From Deferribacterales bacterium (GTDB lineage: Bacteria > Chrysiogenota > Deferribacteres > Deferribacterales > Geovibrionaceae): a stretch of 64,000 bases of DNA. The translations under genes and the position numbers were made by a program. This document shows, one piece after another, positions 31,402 through 42,818 of this stretch. The stretch spans positions 64,001 through 128,000 of the forward strand of contig JBFWLW010000002.1 of assembly GCA_050251945.1 (NCBI GenBank), written 5' to 3'. Under the pieces are notes generated by a model, which was not told the origin of the DNA, did no database searches, and was given only the letters and a program-made list of their open reading frames with translations. Each line of letters opens with the position of its first letter. Position 1 is the first letter of the stretch.

Positions 31402-31677
31402 TTACTCCTCGCTTGCGGCTTCGATAGAGTGCTGCAGAACCTTAGACACTCTCCAGCGTTTGTCTTTGCTGATCGGTCTTGTTTCTACGATTTCCACAGT
31501 ATCGCCAACTTTGCATTCATTGTTCTCATCATGAGCTTTGAAACTTTTCGTGCTCTTGATGAACTTCTGGTAGCGGGGGTGGAGTTTCAGGCTTTGGACT
31601 TTAACAACGACTGTTTTGTCCATCTTGTCGCTGACTACCACTCCTTTCCTTACTTTTCTAGCGTTTCTGGCTTCCAT
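31402..31677 (-). CDS. rpsQ: 30S ribosomal protein S17
   Basis: [22 protein letters not shown]. Confidence 0.98.
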   Translation of the reverse strand: MEARNARKVRKGVVVSDKMDKTVVVKVQSLKLHPRYQKFIKSTKSFKAHDENNECKVGDTVEIVETRPISKDKRWRVSKVLQHSIEAASEE

Positions 31678-31874
31678 TATTTGCCCTCAGTGCTTTTCTC
31701 GTTCAGGATGGTCTGAATACGAGCTATGTCTTTTTTAGCCTTTCTGATAAGTGAGGAATCCTCAATATCGCCTGTTGCCAGTTTAAACTTCATTCTGAAG
31801 ATGTTTTCGCTGAGTTCAAGCTCTTTGGCTTTCAGCTCGACGGCGCTCATTTCTCTCAGTTCTGTTGTCTTCAT
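31677..31874 (-). CDS. rpmC: 50S ribosomal protein L29
   Basis: [17 protein letters not shown]; synteny. Confidence 0.96.
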   Translation of the reverse strand: MKTTELREMSAVELKAKELELSENIFRMKFKLATGDIEDSSLIRKAKKDIARIQTILNEKSTEGK

Positions 31875-32296
31875 TGTGCCGCCTCCACTGTCTCACGTCT
31901 GACAAATTTAGTCTTAACGGGCAGTTTGTGTGAAGCTCTTCTGAACGCCTCTTTTGCCTGTTCTTCTGTAACGCCGCCCACTTCATAAAGTATTGTGCCC
32001 TCTTTAACGGGAGCAACGTAGTGGTCAACGGCACCTTTACCTTTACCCTGTCTGACTTCAAGAGGTTTTGAGGTAACGGGTTTATGAGGGAAGATACGGA
32101 TGATAAGGTTTCCGCCTCTTTTCAGGTATCTGTTGATAGCAATCCTCGCGGATTCTATCTGACGGCTTGTAAGTTTAGCTTTGCCGTCTGCAGCAAGACC
32201 AAAGTCGCCGAAAGCCACATAGTGACCTTTAGACGCAACACCTTTGATGCGGCCTTTGAACTGCTTTCTATATTTCATTCTGTTGGGTGTAAGCAT
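31871..32296 (-). CDS. rplP: 50S ribosomal protein L16
   Basis: [24 protein letters not shown]. Confidence 0.98.
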   Translation of the reverse strand: MLTPNRMKYRKQFKGRIKGVASKGHYVAFGDFGLAADGKAKLTSRQIESARIAINRYLKRGGNLIIRIFPHKPVTSKPLEVRQGKGKGAVDHYVAPVKEGTILYEVGGVTEEQAKEAFRRASHKLPVKTKFVRRETVEAAQ

Positions 32297-32952
32297 TACT
32301 CACCTGCCTCTGTTCTGCCTCTGTCTTCGAGAACTTCACCTGTGAAGACCCAAACCTTGATACCGATGATACCGTAGGTTGTAAGTGCTTCTGTGGTGCC
32401 GTAGTCGATGTCAGCACGAAGTGTCTGAAGCGGAACGCGTCCTTTGATGTACCATTCTGTTCTTGCCATATCGGCGCCTGCAAGACGACCGGAACAAGCA
32501 ACCCTGATACCGAGAGCGCCTGACTTCATAGCTTGAAGAACGGCTTTTTTCATCGCGCGTCTGAAAGCTACACGTCTCTGAATCTGCATGGCGATGTTTT
32601 CGCCCACGAGCAGAGCGTTGATTTCGGGTTTCTTCACTTCTCTGATAACGAGAAGCACTTCGGAAGCCGTAAATCTTTTCAGTTCTCTTTTAAGTTTATC
32701 AATCTCAGCGCCTTTCTTGCCGATGACGATACCGGGGCGTGAAGTGTTAAGAGTGATGCGCACTCTGTTACCCATACGCTCGATGCCGATTCTGGCAAGA
32801 CCTGCCTGCATAAGCTTCTCTTTGAGGTACTTTCTTATTTTGATGTCCTCAAGAAGCTGTTGTCTGTATTCTTTTTTATTGGCATACCAAGTTGATTTCC
32901 AAGGCTTGTTTATGCCAATTCTGTATCCGTTAGGATTTACTTTTTGTCCCAC
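32296..32952 (-). CDS. rpsC: 30S ribosomal protein S3
   Basis: [33 protein letters not shown] start at 32952. Confidence 0.98.
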   Translation of the reverse strand: MGQKVNPNGYRIGINKPWKSTWYANKKEYRQQLLEDIKIRKYLKEKLMQAGLARIGIERMGNRVRITLNTSRPGIVIGKKGAEIDKLKRELKRFTASEVLLVIREVKKPEINALLVGENIAMQIQRRVAFRRAMKKAVLQAMKSGALGIRVACSGRLAGADMARTEWYIKGRVPLQTLRADIDYGTTEALTTYGIIGIKVWVFTGEVLEDRGRTEAGE

Positions 32953-32964
32953 CAATTACCTCCC

Positions 32965-33297
32965 TTAGTCTGAAAGCACGACAGTAATGTGGCTAGTAGG
33001 TTTGCGGATAAGGGACGCTCTGCCGTATGCTCTGGGGGTAAACCTTTTCATAGCGGGACCTGCATCCACTCTGACCTCTTTGATAATCATGCGGCTTGCA
33101 TCTGTAGCCCCGTGGTTCTCCTCTGCGTTGCTCGCAGCGGATTTAACGGCTTTGTACAGAGCTTCTGCACCTTTGTTAGGGGTAAATTTAAGGATGGTAA
33201 GAGCCTCCTCAACTTTTTTACCTCTTATAAGGTCAGCTACCGGGCGGGTTTTTCTGGTAGAAACTCTCTGAAATCTTGCACGAGCTATAGCTTCCAT
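32965..33297 (-). CDS. rplV: 50S ribosomal protein L22
   Basis: VADLIRGK, PRAYGRA, TSHITV. Confidence 0.98.
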   Translation of the reverse strand: MEAIARARFQRVSTRKTRPVADLIRGKKVEEALTILKFTPNKGAEALYKAVKSAASNAEENHGATDASRMIIKEVRVDAGPAMKRFTPRAYGRASLIRKPTSHITVVLSD

Positions 33298-33298
33298 A

Positions 33299-33580
33299 TT
33301 ACCTACCCTTTACCTTTTTGTCGTCTTTCTTGTGACTTCTGAAAGTTCTGGTGAGTGCGAATTCACCAAGTTTATGGCCAACCATGTTCTCTGTTACGAA
33401 AACAGGGATGAACTTCTGTCCGTTGTGGACCGCAAATGTCAGGCCGACCATCTCAGGAATCACGGTGCTTCTTCTAGACCAAGTCTTAATGACTTTTTTA
33501 TCGCCGCTTTCTTTGGCAGTTATCACCTTTTTCTCAAGGTGGTCGTCAAGGAAAGGACCTTTTTTCAATGACCTAGGCAC
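33299..33580 (-). CDS. rpsS: 30S ribosomal protein S19
   Basis: [24 protein letters not shown]. Confidence 0.98.
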   Translation of the reverse strand: MPRSLKKGPFLDDHLEKKVITAKESGDKKVIKTWSRRSTVIPEMVGLTFAVHNGQKFIPVFVTENMVGHKLGEFALTRTFRSHKKDDKKVKGR

Positions 33581-33592
33581 TTGTCAATCCTC

Positions 33593-34420
33593 CTACTTCT
33601 TCCTGCGGGAAACTATGTACTTGTTAGAGGGCTTATTCTTGGCTCTTGTTTTGTAACCCTTAGTAGGCACACCCCAGGGAGTCACAGGGTGACGTCCACC
33701 GGAAGTTCTACCTTCACCACCACCATGGGGGTGATCAACAGGGTTCATCGCAACGCCTCGAACAGTAGGTCTAACACCTTTCCAACGAGTTCTTCCCGCT
33801 TTACCGATTTGAATGTTCTCATGCTCGGTGTTGCTTACCTGACCGATAGTGGCTTTGCACTCGGCCTTGATAAGTCTGATCTCACCGGAAGGCATGCGGA
33901 CGTGGCAATAGGTTCCCTCTTTAGCCAGAAGCTGTGCGTATGTTCCTGCGGAACGCGCAAGCTGACCGCCTTTACCGGGCCTCATTTCCACGTTATGGAC
34001 AACTGTACCCACGGGCATGTCTTTCAGCATTTTTGCATTGCCAAGTTTGATGTCCGCATCAGCACCGCTGTGTATTTTGTCTCCAACTTTAAGACCAAGA
34101 GGAGCAAGGATATATCTTTTCTCACCATCAGCATAGAACACAAGAGCGATTCTTGCGCTTCTGTTGGGATCGTACTCGATTGTTTTAACGCTTGCTTCAA
34201 CACTGTCTTTGTTTCTTTTGAAATCTATCAGACGATATTTTCTTTTATTACCGCCGCCTTTATGTCTGACTGTAATGCGGCCGTTGTTTGCACGACCTGC
34301 ATGTTTCGACAGAGGCGCGAGCAGTGACTTTTCAGGCTGATCAGTGGTCACATCCTGGAAGTCGCTGTTGGTTCTGAACCTTACACCGTCTGAAGTCGGT
34401 TTAAACTTCTTGATTCCCAT
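33593..34420 (-). CDS. rplB: 50S ribosomal protein L2
   Basis: [30 protein letters not shown]. Confidence 0.98.
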   Translation of the reverse strand: MGIKKFKPTSDGVRFRTNSDFQDVTTDQPEKSLLAPLSKHAGRANNGRITVRHKGGGNKRKYRLIDFKRNKDSVEASVKTIEYDPNRSARIALVFYADGEKRYILAPLGLKVGDKIHSGADADIKLGNAKMLKDMPVGTVVHNVEMRPGKGGQLARSAGTYAQLLAKEGTYCHVRMPSGEIRLIKAECKATIGQVSNTEHENIQIGKAGRTRWKGVRPTVRGVAMNPVDHPHGGGEGRTSGGRHPVTPWGVPTKGYKTRAKNKPSNKYIVSRRKK

Positions 34421-34434
34421 TTAAGATTCCTCTC

Positions 34435-34722
34435 TTACACAAACTCCAGTTTTTCGCCATCAGCCAGAACAACAACGGCTTTTTTCCAGTCGCTTCTTTT
34501 GCCCATTGTGCGTCCGAAACGTTTTGCTTTGCCTTTGTAGTTCATAGTTCTGACATCTTTCACTTTCACGTTGAAAAGTTTTTCAATAGCCTCTTTGATC
34601 ATCTTTTTAGATGCTCTGGCGTCAGTTGCGAAAGTTACTTGATTAAGGTTCTCTTTCATCTCAACGGCCTTCTCTGTTATGAGGGGCTTTTTGATTACGT
34701 TGTACATTGAGAGTAAGCTCAT
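34435..34722 (-). CDS. rplW: 50S ribosomal protein L23
   Basis: IKKPLITEK, KEAIEKLFNVKV, WKKAVV; ATG 34722 overlaps rplD stop. Confidence 0.96.
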   Translation of the reverse strand: MSLLSMYNVIKKPLITEKAVEMKENLNQVTFATDARASKKMIKEAIEKLFNVKVKDVRTMNYKGKAKRFGRTMGKRSDWKKAVVVLADGEKLEFV

Positions 34723-35345
34723 ACGAGAACCTCCTGAATACGTCCGATTGCATCCTGACAAAGCAGGATAGTGCGGGCGTTCATAACGTCGTATACGTTC
34801 AGACCGTTAACATCGAGAAGGTCAACGTAGGGCAGGTTGCGGAAAGCTCTTTCAGCTTTCTCGTCGAGTCCTGCATAAACTACGAGAACTTTTCTGTCGG
34901 CAGAGAAATTCTTAAGGATTTCAACCGCTTCTTTGGTCTTGCCGTTTGCAACGCTCAGTGCATCAATAATGTGCAGTGAACCCGCTTCGGATTTTGCCCT
35001 GATTGCAGATTTAAGAGCATTCTTAACCTTTTTCTTGGGCATAGTGTAAGCATAGTCTCTGGGATGGGGACCAAATGCTATAGCTCCGCCTCTCCAGAGG
35101 GGAGACTTTTTAGAACCGGATCTGGCACGGCCTGTACCTTTCTGTCTCCAAGGCTTTGCGCCTCGGCCGCCGTCCATTCTGGCTCTGTTGAGAGTGGAAT
35201 GCGTGCCTGCTCTTTTTGAGGCAAGCTGCATGATTACCACCTCATGCATGAGGGCAGGTTTTACAGGATACGACATAATTTCGTCGCTCAGATCAACCTG
35301 ACCTATTTTTTCGTTTTTCACGTTCTTCACGTCAAAAGTAGCCAT
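34719..35345 (-). CDS. rplD: 50S ribosomal protein L4
   Basis: KPWRQKGTGRARSGS, GG.IAFGP. Confidence 0.98.
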   Translation of the reverse strand: MATFDVKNVKNEKIGQVDLSDEIMSYPVKPALMHEVVIMQLASKRAGTHSTLNRARMDGGRGAKPWRQKGTGRARSGSKKSPLWRGGAIAFGPHPRDYAYTMPKKKVKNALKSAIRAKSEAGSLHIIDALSVANGKTKEAVEILKNFSADRKVLVVYAGLDEKAERAFRNLPYVDLLDVNGLNVYDVMNARTILLCQDAIGRIQEVLV

Positions 35346-35357
35346 TAGTTCCTCAGA

Positions 35358-35996
35358 TTACTTTTTAGCCTTAACTGCTTGTTTGATGTAGACGACTCCG
35401 TCTTCATAGCCGGGTATCGCACCTTTAATAAGCAGCAGGTTTGTTTCAGGTATTATTTTCACCACTTGCAGGTTCTGTACGGAAACGGTTTTTCCGCCCA
35501 TTCTGCCGGGCATCTTTCTTCCCTTTGCTGTTTCGCCGGGAAATTCGCACATCCCTATCGAGCCGGGTACGTTGTGGAAGTGTGAACCGTGGGTCTTGGG
35601 ACCACCCGCAAATCCATATCTTTTAACAACACCCTGAAAGCCCTTACCAATGGATGTTCCCTGAACATCAATGAGATCGCCTTCCTCAAAGATTGTGACA
35701 TTGACCTGCTCGCCGACAGCTTTTTCCGAGCCGGATTCAGTTCTGAATTCCTTCAGATACTTGTGGGGCGCAACGCCCTGTTTTTTGAAATATCCGGTCA
35801 TGGGTTTGTTTACTTTGCCGTCTTTAACGATTTCTTCAAAACCCAGCTGAATGGCACAGTACCCGTCTTTCTCTTTGCTTCTCACTTCGGTGACAACACA
35901 GGGGCCAGCTTGCACAACGGTGACAGGCACTACGGTTCCGTCTTCTTTAAAGACCTGTGTCATACCCACTTTTTTGCCGATAATTGCTTTTGCCAT
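35358..35996 (-). CDS. rplC: 50S ribosomal protein L3
   Basis: [27 protein letters not shown]. Confidence 0.98.
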   Translation of the reverse strand: MAKAIIGKKVGMTQVFKEDGTVVPVTVVQAGPCVVTEVRSKEKDGYCAIQLGFEEIVKDGKVNKPMTGYFKKQGVAPHKYLKEFRTESGSEKAVGEQVNVTIFEEGDLIDVQGTSIGKGFQGVVKRYGFAGGPKTHGSHFHNVPGSIGMCEFPGETAKGRKMPGRMGGKTVSVQNLQVVKIIPETNLLLIKGAIPGYEDGVVYIKQAVKAKK

Positions 35997-36014
35997 TTTC
36001 GTCTTTTCCTACTC

Positions 36015-36323
36015 TTAGAGTTTTATTTCTACGTCAACGCCTGCGGAAAGTTCCAGTTTCATAAGGGCATCAATAGTTTGAGGGTTGTGCTCAAAAATGT
36101 CGATGAGCCTTTTATGAGTCCTTATTTCATACTGGTCTCTCGCGTCCTTGTTAACGTGTGGGGACTTGAGGATAGTAAACTTTTCAATCGAAGTAGGCAG
36201 CGGGATGGGTCCCACTACCTCTGCGCCTGTACGTTTCGCAGTGTTGACGATGTCTTTCACTGCTTTATCCAGAATTCTGTAATCGAAAGCTTTAAGCTTT
36301 ATTCTTATCTTCTGATTTTCCAT
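36015..36323 (-). CDS. rpsJ: 30S ribosomal protein S10
   Basis: [25 protein letters not shown]. Confidence 0.98.
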   Translation of the reverse strand: MENQKIRIKLKAFDYRILDKAVKDIVNTAKRTGAEVVGPIPLPTSIEKFTILKSPHVNKDARDQYEIRTHKRLIDIFEHNPQTIDALMKLELSAGVDVEIKL

Positions 36324-36334
36324 TAGTTCGCCTA

Positions 36335-37525
36335 TTACTCGGAGATCTCAACAACCACGCCTGCACCTACGGTACGTCCGCCCTCACGAATTGCGAAGCG
36401 AAGACCGGGATCCATTGCGATGGGTGTGATAAGTTCAACATCACAGGAGATGTTATCGCCGGGCATTACCATCTCTACGCCTTCGGCAAGAGTGATGATA
36501 CCTGTTACGTCTGTTGTTCTGAAGTAGAACTGAGGTCTGTATCCGCTGAAGAAAGGTGTGTGACGTCCGCCTTCCTCTTTTGTCAGGATGTATGCTTCAG
36601 CTTTGAACTTCTTATGGGGAGTGATTGCGTTCGGTTTGGAAAGTACCTGTCCGCGCTCAACGTCATCCTTTTTGATACCGCGGACAAGAATACCCACGTT
36701 ATCGCCTGCTACACCTTCATCAAGAAGTTTACGGAACATTTCTATTCCAGTTACTATTGTTTTCTGGGTGTCACGGATTCCGACTATCTGTACTTCATCG
36801 CCCACTTTTACTTTACCGCGCTCGATCCTGCCTGTTACAACTGTTCCGCGGCCGGATATTGAGAACACGTCCTCGATAGGCATGATGAAGTCTTTATCTA
36901 TGTCACGCTGAGGTTCTGCGATATAGTCGTCAAGTGCCTGTACAAGGTCAAGAATAGGCTGTGACCATTTGGGGTTGTCACCGTCTTCAAGTGCTTTAAG
37001 TGCTGAACCTTTGATGATAGGAGTATCATCGCCGGGGAACTCATAAGCTGAAAGAAGGTCTCTTATTTCAAGTTCAACGAGTTCGATAAGTTCCTCGTCG
37101 TCTACCATATCTATTTTGTTCATGAACACTACTATGTAAGGTACGCCTACCTGACGGGCGAGCAGGATGTGCTCACGGGTCTGGGGCATGGGACCGTCAG
37201 CGGCTGAAACAACAAGGATTGCTCCGTCCATCTGTGCGGCACCGGTGATCATGTTCTTTACGTAGTCCGCGTGACCCGGGCAGTCAACGTGAGCATAGTG
37301 ACGTTTCTCGGATTCATACTCTACGTGGGCTGTCGCGATGGTAATACCTCTTTCTCTCTCTTCCGGAGCCTTGTCGATGTTACCGTAGTCTACGAACTGT
37401 GCGAATCCTTTTTTAGAAAGGATGTTCGTGATTGCTGCTGTCAGGGATGTTTTACCGTGGTCAACGTGGCCGATTGTTCCGACGTTGACGTGCGGTTTCG
37501 TTCTTTCAAATTTAGACTTGGCCAT
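36335..37525 (-). CDS. tuf: Elongation factor Tu (str-operon copy)
   Basis: [31 protein letters not shown]. Confidence 0.99.
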   Translation of the reverse strand: MAKSKFERTKPHVNVGTIGHVDHGKTSLTAAITNILSKKGFAQFVDYGNIDKAPEERERGITIATAHVEYESEKRHYAHVDCPGHADYVKNMITGAAQMDGAILVVSAADGPMPQTREHILLARQVGVPYIVVFMNKIDMVDDEELIELVELEIRDLLSAYEFPGDDTPIIKGSALKALEDGDNPKWSQPILDLVQALDDYIAEPQRDIDKDFIMPIEDVFSISGRGTVVTGRIERGKVKVGDEVQIVGIRDTQKTIVTGIEMFRKLLDEGVAGDNVGILVRGIKKDDVERGQVLSKPNAITPHKKFKAEAYILTKEEGGRHTPFFSGYRPQFYFRTTDVTGIITLAEGVEMVMPGDNISCDVELITPIAMDPGLRFAIREGGRTVGAGVVVEISE

Positions 37526-37552
37526 TTAAGTCCTCCTAAAACTTTTAACTTC

Positions 37553-39631
37553 TTATTTTGAATGAGTTTTAACTATTTCGTCAGCGATGTTGTTGGGAAC
37601 CTGCTCATAGTGGTCAAACTGCATTGTAGAGGTTGCTCTACCCTGAGTTATTGATCTGAGCTGAGTTGTATACCCGAACATCTCTTTCAGAGGCACCATA
37701 CATTTGATAACCTGTGCGCCGCCTCTGATATCCATACCCTCAACCTTGCCGCGTCTTGAGTTAAGGTCGCCCATAACGTCGCCGGTGTACTCATCGGGAC
37801 AAACGACTTCAACCTTCATGATAGGTTCGAGGATAACGGGACCTGCTTTTTTGGAAAGCTCTTTGAAGGCCATGGATGCCGCGATTTTGAACGCCATCTC
37901 GTTTGAATCCACGTCGTGGTATGAACCGTCGAAGAGGACTGCTTTAAGGTCTTCAAGGGGATAGCCTGCAAGGCATCCTGTTTCCATAGCTTCTCCGATA
38001 CCTTTTTCGATAGCGGGAATATATTCTCTCGGAATTGAACCGCCCACGATCTTGTTCTCGAAGACAAAGCCTGTACCGGGTTCCTGAGGATGCAGTTCGA
38101 TGCAGACGTGGCCGTACTGACCGCGACCGCCGGACTGTTTAATGTACTTGCCCTCTCCGGAAACAGACTTGGTAATGGCCTCGCGGTAAGCAACCTGAGG
38201 ATTACCGACGTTAGCTTCAACTTTGAATTCTCTCATCATCCTGTCGACGATGATTTCAAGGTGAAGCTCACCCATACCGGCGATGATTGTCTGACCGGTT
38301 TCCTCGTCAACGCGTACTCTGAAAGAGGGGTCTTCCTGAGCAAGTTTCTGAAGAGCCACGGACAGTTTATCCTGGTCGGTTTTAGTTTTAGGCTCAACGG
38401 CAACTGAAAGAACCGGCTCGGGGAATTCCATAGCCTCAAGGATGATCGGTTTGCTTTCGTCGCAGAGAGTATCGCCTGTGATGGTATATTTAAGCCCTAC
38501 GGTAGCGCATATATCGCCGGAGCAGATAGCTTTAATCTCTTCACGTTTGTCTGCATGCATCTTAAGCAGACGTCCGATCCTCTCTTTTTTGCCTTTTGTA
38601 GAGTTGACAACATAGTTGCCTGCTTCAAGCATACCTGAGTAAACTCTGAAATATGTGAGCTGCCCCATGTAGGGGTCTGTCATAATTTTAAATGCAAGAG
38701 CGGAGAAGGGTGCGTTGTCGTCTGCGGCTCTCTCTTCCTCAGCGCCCGTATCAGGGTTAACACCTTTGATAGGCGGGATGTCCATAGGAGAGGGAAGATA
38801 CGCGACAACAGCGTCAAGCATAGGCTGAACACCTTTGTTCTTGAACGCAGTACCACAGATAACCGGGATGAAATCAATAGCGATAACGCCTTTGCGCAGT
38901 GCCGCTTTAACTTCTTCCTCAGTAAATTCTTCGCCGTCAAAATATCTGTTCATCATCTCTTCATCAGATTCACAGATCATTTCAAGCATTTTAACTCTGT
39001 ATTCTTCTGCCTGTGCAAGGAGGTCAGCGGGAATTTCCTCTTCGCGGAAAGTTGCGCCGAGTTCCTCACCGTTCCAGACGAACGCTTTCATTTTAACAAG
39101 GTCAACGATACCTTCAAATTTATCTTCGGCACCGATAGGAAGCTGGATAGGCAGCGGTCTTGCTTTCAGTCTGCTCTCAATCTGAGAAACGACGTTGAAG
39201 AAATCCGCACCTGTTCTGTCCATCTTGTTAATGAATGCGATTCTGGGAACATGGTATTTGTCTGCCTGTCTCCAAACTGTTTCGGACTGGGGCTCAACAC
39301 CGCCAACCGCACAGAAGACAGCAACCGCACCGTCGAGAACCTTAAGAGAACGTTCAACTTCAATAGTGAAGTCAACGTGTCCGGGGGTGTCGATGATGTT
39401 TATCACGTGGTCTTTCCACATGCACTGAGTAGTAGCGGACGTGATGGTGATACCACGCTCACGTTCCTGTTCCATCCAGTCCATAGTAGCGGCGCCGTCG
39501 TGAACTTCGCCGATTTTATAGTTAACACCGGTGTAAAAGAGAACCCTCTCAGTTGTGGTCGTTTTACCGGCATCGATGTGCGCCATGATACCGATATTTC
39601 TCTGCATATTCAGAGGAGCTTTTCTAGCCAC
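37553..39631 (-). CDS. fusA: Elongation factor G
   Basis: [34 protein letters not shown]. Confidence 0.99.
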   Translation of the reverse strand: MARKAPLNMQRNIGIMAHIDAGKTTTTERVLFYTGVNYKIGEVHDGAATMDWMEQERERGITITSATTQCMWKDHVINIIDTPGHVDFTIEVERSLKVLDGAVAVFCAVGGVEPQSETVWRQADKYHVPRIAFINKMDRTGADFFNVVSQIESRLKARPLPIQLPIGAEDKFEGIVDLVKMKAFVWNGEELGATFREEEIPADLLAQAEEYRVKMLEMICESDEEMMNRYFDGEEFTEEEVKAALRKGVIAIDFIPVICGTAFKNKGVQPMLDAVVAYLPSPMDIPPIKGVNPDTGAEEERAADDNAPFSALAFKIMTDPYMGQLTYFRVYSGMLEAGNYVVNSTKGKKERIGRLLKMHADKREEIKAICSGDICATVGLKYTITGDTLCDESKPIILEAMEFPEPVLSVAVEPKTKTDQDKLSVALQKLAQEDPSFRVRVDEETGQTIIAGMGELHLEIIVDRMMREFKVEANVGNPQVAYREAITKSVSGEGKYIKQSGGRGQYGHVCIELHPQEPGTGFVFENKIVGGSIPREYIPAIEKGIGEAMETGCLAGYPLEDLKAVLFDGSYHDVDSNEMAFKIAASMAFKELSKKAGPVILEPIMKVEVVCPDEYTGDVMGDLNSRRGKVEGMDIRGGAQVIKCMVPLKEMFGYTTQLRSITQGRATSTMQFDHYEQVPNNIADEIVKTHSK

Positions 39632-39643
39632 AGTGAGCCTCCG

Positions 39644-40120
<477 letters not shown>

Positions 40121-40130
40121 TCACCTTGCC

Positions 40131-40502
40131 TTATTTAGGTCTTTTCGCGCCGTATTTGGAGCGGCTTTTCTTTCTGTTCTTAACGCCTTCTGCGTCCAGA
40201 GCCCCGCGGATAATCTTATAACGAACACCGGGAAGGTCTTTTACCCTGCCACCTCTAACAAGAACAACGGAGTGTTCCTGAAGGTTGTGACCGATACCGG
40301 GGATGTAAGCCGTAACTTCAATCCCTGAAGTGAGTCTCACCCTTGCAACTTTTCTAAGAGCCGAGTTAGGCTTCTTAGGCGTAGTTGTGTAAACCCTTGT
40401 ACAAACGCCTCTTTTCTGAGGGTTTCCCTGAAGGGCGGGCGACTTGGTCTTTTCGACCGGTTTTTTTCTGCCTTTTCTTACCAACTGATTCAGTGTAGGC
40501 AA
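40131..40502 (-). CDS. rpsL: 30S ribosomal protein S12 (TTG start)
   Basis: [29 protein letters not shown]. Confidence 0.98.
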   Translation of the reverse strand: MPTLNQLVRKGRKKPVEKTKSPALQGNPQKRGVCTRVYTTTPKKPNSALRKVARVRLTSGIEVTAYIPGIGHNLQEHSVVLVRGGRVKDLPGVRYKIIRGALDAEGVKNRKKSRSKYGAKRPK

Positions 40503-40599
40503 CGTCGCACCTCCGTAAATATTGCTTCGCGTTTACATCGGCTTCCTGAGGCGATCTTCGGGCGCAACAGGACGCACCAATATCAGGCGAAGAGCAAAT

Positions 40600-40628
40600 A
40601 ACATAGCAATGCACAGTGATAAAGTCAA
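40600..40628 (-). promoter_or_regulatory. sigma70 promoter of the str operon
   Basis: Minus strand TTGACT-17 nt-TATGTT with TG extended -10, ~100 nt upstream of rpsL. Confidence 0.65.
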
Positions 40629-40717
40629 GAATAATATTTGATGAAAGCTGTGCCGAAACAGGGAAAGGCAACCCGCGGACAAAAAATCTGTTGATTGCAT
40701 GTGAAATAATGCGCAGT

Positions 40718-42253
40718 TTAAGATTTCTTAAATTCTATACCAAGTTTTCTCATTTTATTTCTGAGAGTGCTGGGATTCATTCCGAGTTTTTCCGCAGCTC
40801 CGTCATCTCCGCTTATTTTCCATCTGGCTTGCTTAAGTGCCGTAAGAATATGTTTCTTTACTGTACTGTCAAGACATTCCGAACTTTCAGGAAATGAGGC
40901 GCAGGGGTCGTTTTCTATTACGCAGTCAAATTTCAGATGCTTCCCTTTGTTGATGATAAGCTCGCGTTCTATTATGTTCTCCATTTCGCGGACGTTGCCT
41001 GGCCAGTCATACCGCTTAATTCTTTCCGCAACGTAATTAGGAACCTTTGGAATATCTTTTATTCCAAAAGCGTTGCATTTCTTTTCGACAAGATATCTGA
41101 CGAACTCAGGTATGTCCTCTCTCCTCTTTCTCAGCGGCGGTATCTCTATGGGAAATACATTCAGACGCCAATACAAATCTTCACGAAAACGCCCGTCCTT
41201 GACCATTTCCCTGAGATTTCTGTTTGTTGCTGCGATTATGCGCACATCAACTTTTGTTGTTTTTCCGTTACCAAGTCTCTCTATCTCGCCGAACTGAATG
41301 GCACGAAGCAGCTTAACCTGCGACGCAAGCGGCAGTTCTCCGATCTCATCAAAAAACAGAGTACCCTTATGCGCAAGATGGAATCGACCGTTCTTAACAG
41401 TGTCCGCACCGGTGAAGGCGCCCTTTTCATGACCAAAAAGTTCGTTATCCACAAGAGATTCGGGAATGGAACCGCAATTGACCTTTATAAATGGTTCATC
41501 CTTTCTCAATGAATTAATATGTATATAATTTGCTATAACATCTTTTCCGACACCCGTCTCTCCGGTCAAAAGAACCGTACTGGGAAACTTTGCGATGCTG
41601 GAAGCCATTTCAACAACCTTTTTCAATCCGCCGTTTGCACCGACCAGAAATGCATTTTTCTCAACATTCTTATTTATAAACTCAATAAGATCGTGGCTTC
41701 TTCCAATAAGTCTGACATTATCTTCAATCAGTTTATTATAGACCAGAGCACTGAAAAAGAATTTTGAAACTGAATTGACAAGACACTTCAACAGTTTTTT
41801 ATGATGATCATTATATACATTGTCCTCAAAAGCTCTTATGACAAGCGCGCCGATTACTTTTGAAGAACCCTTTATCTGCAAAACAATGTCCGAGTTGCCT
41901 TTAAGCCCGATAAAATCAAGATACTCGCTCGGAAGGGGGGAATTATAATAACTCATATAGAAAACGTCTTCATCTCCGACACAAATATCTTTCTCACTCA
42001 GACTGGAAGGCATATCAGTTGCGACATTTGACTTCAGCAGAACACCACGCTCAACCTGACTGATGTTATACATCTGATTCGTGGCTTCCACGTAACATGC
42101 CATCTTGATGTAATCAATAGGCATATATTCACGAAGAAGTTTGTATAAATTCATCAGAAAATCATCCACATTGCTACTATTAAAGCAGATATGGGCGGCT
42201 TTATCTGCAAAACCGTCTAGATACAGCATAATAAAAAGTACCTCATAATTCAC
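40718..42253 (-). CDS. sigma54-dependent transcriptional activator (GAF-like input, AAA+, Fis-type HTH; FhlA/HyfR-like)
   Basis: [21 protein letters not shown] (intact), [46 protein letters not shown]; start may be ATG 42229. Confidence 0.93.
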   Translation of the reverse strand: MNYEVLFIMLYLDGFADKAAHICFNSSNVDDFLMNLYKLLREYMPIDYIKMACYVEATNQMYNISQVERGVLLKSNVATDMPSSLSEKDICVGDEDVFYMSYYNSPLPSEYLDFIGLKGNSDIVLQIKGSSKVIGALVIRAFEDNVYNDHHKKLLKCLVNSVSKFFFSALVYNKLIEDNVRLIGRSHDLIEFINKNVEKNAFLVGANGGLKKVVEMASSIAKFPSTVLLTGETGVGKDVIANYIHINSLRKDEPFIKVNCGSIPESLVDNELFGHEKGAFTGADTVKNGRFHLAHKGTLFFDEIGELPLASQVKLLRAIQFGEIERLGNGKTTKVDVRIIAATNRNLREMVKDGRFREDLYWRLNVFPIEIPPLRKRREDIPEFVRYLVEKKCNAFGIKDIPKVPNYVAERIKRYDWPGNVREMENIIERELIINKGKHLKFDCVIENDPCASFPESSECLDSTVKKHILTALKQARWKISGDDGAAEKLGMNPSTLRNKMRKLGIEFKKS

Positions 42254-42397
42254 TGTCTTAAATAAGAATTATTTACATATGTAGCGATCTGTCAACATTT
42301 TAAATATGTTTTTCTTGCGGATATATCTTAGCCACTAACCTTTTGAATACCATGCAGCAATATGTTCTTCATGTGATGTTGGGCACATACAGCAATT

Positions 42398-42434
42398 TGC
42401 CGAATACGACAGCATTAATCGCCAAATACGGCGA
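42398..42434. promoter_or_regulatory. Tandem palindromic enhancer-like (UAS) sites, copy 1
   Basis: TGCCGAATACGACA and TCGCCAAATACGGCGA, centres 22 bp apart, conserved in copy 2. Confidence 0.65.
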
Positions 42435-42484
42435 AAACGACTCCGTGTAATATTTTTTATTAATAATATCAATAGCATATCGTT

Positions 42485-42500
42485 TGGCACATCTGTTGCT
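42485..42500 (+). promoter_or_regulatory. sigma54 -24/-12 promoter of cytochrome gene 1
   Basis: TGGCAC-ATCTG-TTGCT, consensus match with correct spacing. Confidence 0.85.
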
Positions 42501-42584
42501 CATATGCTTAGGAATGTATCTGATTAAAGCGATTTAATGCTTGGTAGGAAAAAGAAAAATTTTAAAAGTATCATTTGAAAGTTC

Positions 42585-42680
42585 GCACAGGAAGCCGGGG
42601 ATGCAAAAGCCGTTAGCCTCCAAATTATCGGTTTTGACATCTGCCTTTCACTTTCACACAAAAGTGATGGCTTCCGGTGC
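42585..42680 (+). ncRNA. Candidate structured cis-regulatory leader RNA, copy 1
   Basis: Three stems by eye (P1 42585-96/42669-80, P2 42600-12/42629-41, P3 42648-54/42661-67); loop TTAGCCTCC is anti-SD; 89/96 identical to copy 2. Confidence 0.6.
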
Positions 42681-42818
42681 TTTCTTTGAAGTGCAACAAC
42701 TATTTTACTGTATGGCAACAAACTCCTGCTAACTGACAACAGCACATAAAATTTTCAGGAGGCTAATTTTATTTATCTTGTGCCTGTCTCTGCGGAGTTA
42801 TTTATAGGAGGCTAATTT

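Noticed and set aside
42585..42625. c-di-GMP-I/cGAMP (GEMM) riboswitch, suggested by GGGATGCAAAAGCC and the cytochrome context
   Set aside because: No GGCAAAC-stem-GNRA arm or tetraloop receptor in the expected order, and the visible pairing gives a different fold. An Rfam scan is still needed.
42524..42745. Similar antisense ORFs over both leaders (also 45721-45909) as a conserved peptide
   Set aside because: Similarity follows from the duplicated DNA; starts and lengths differ, there is no RBS, and they oppose the sigma54 transcripts.
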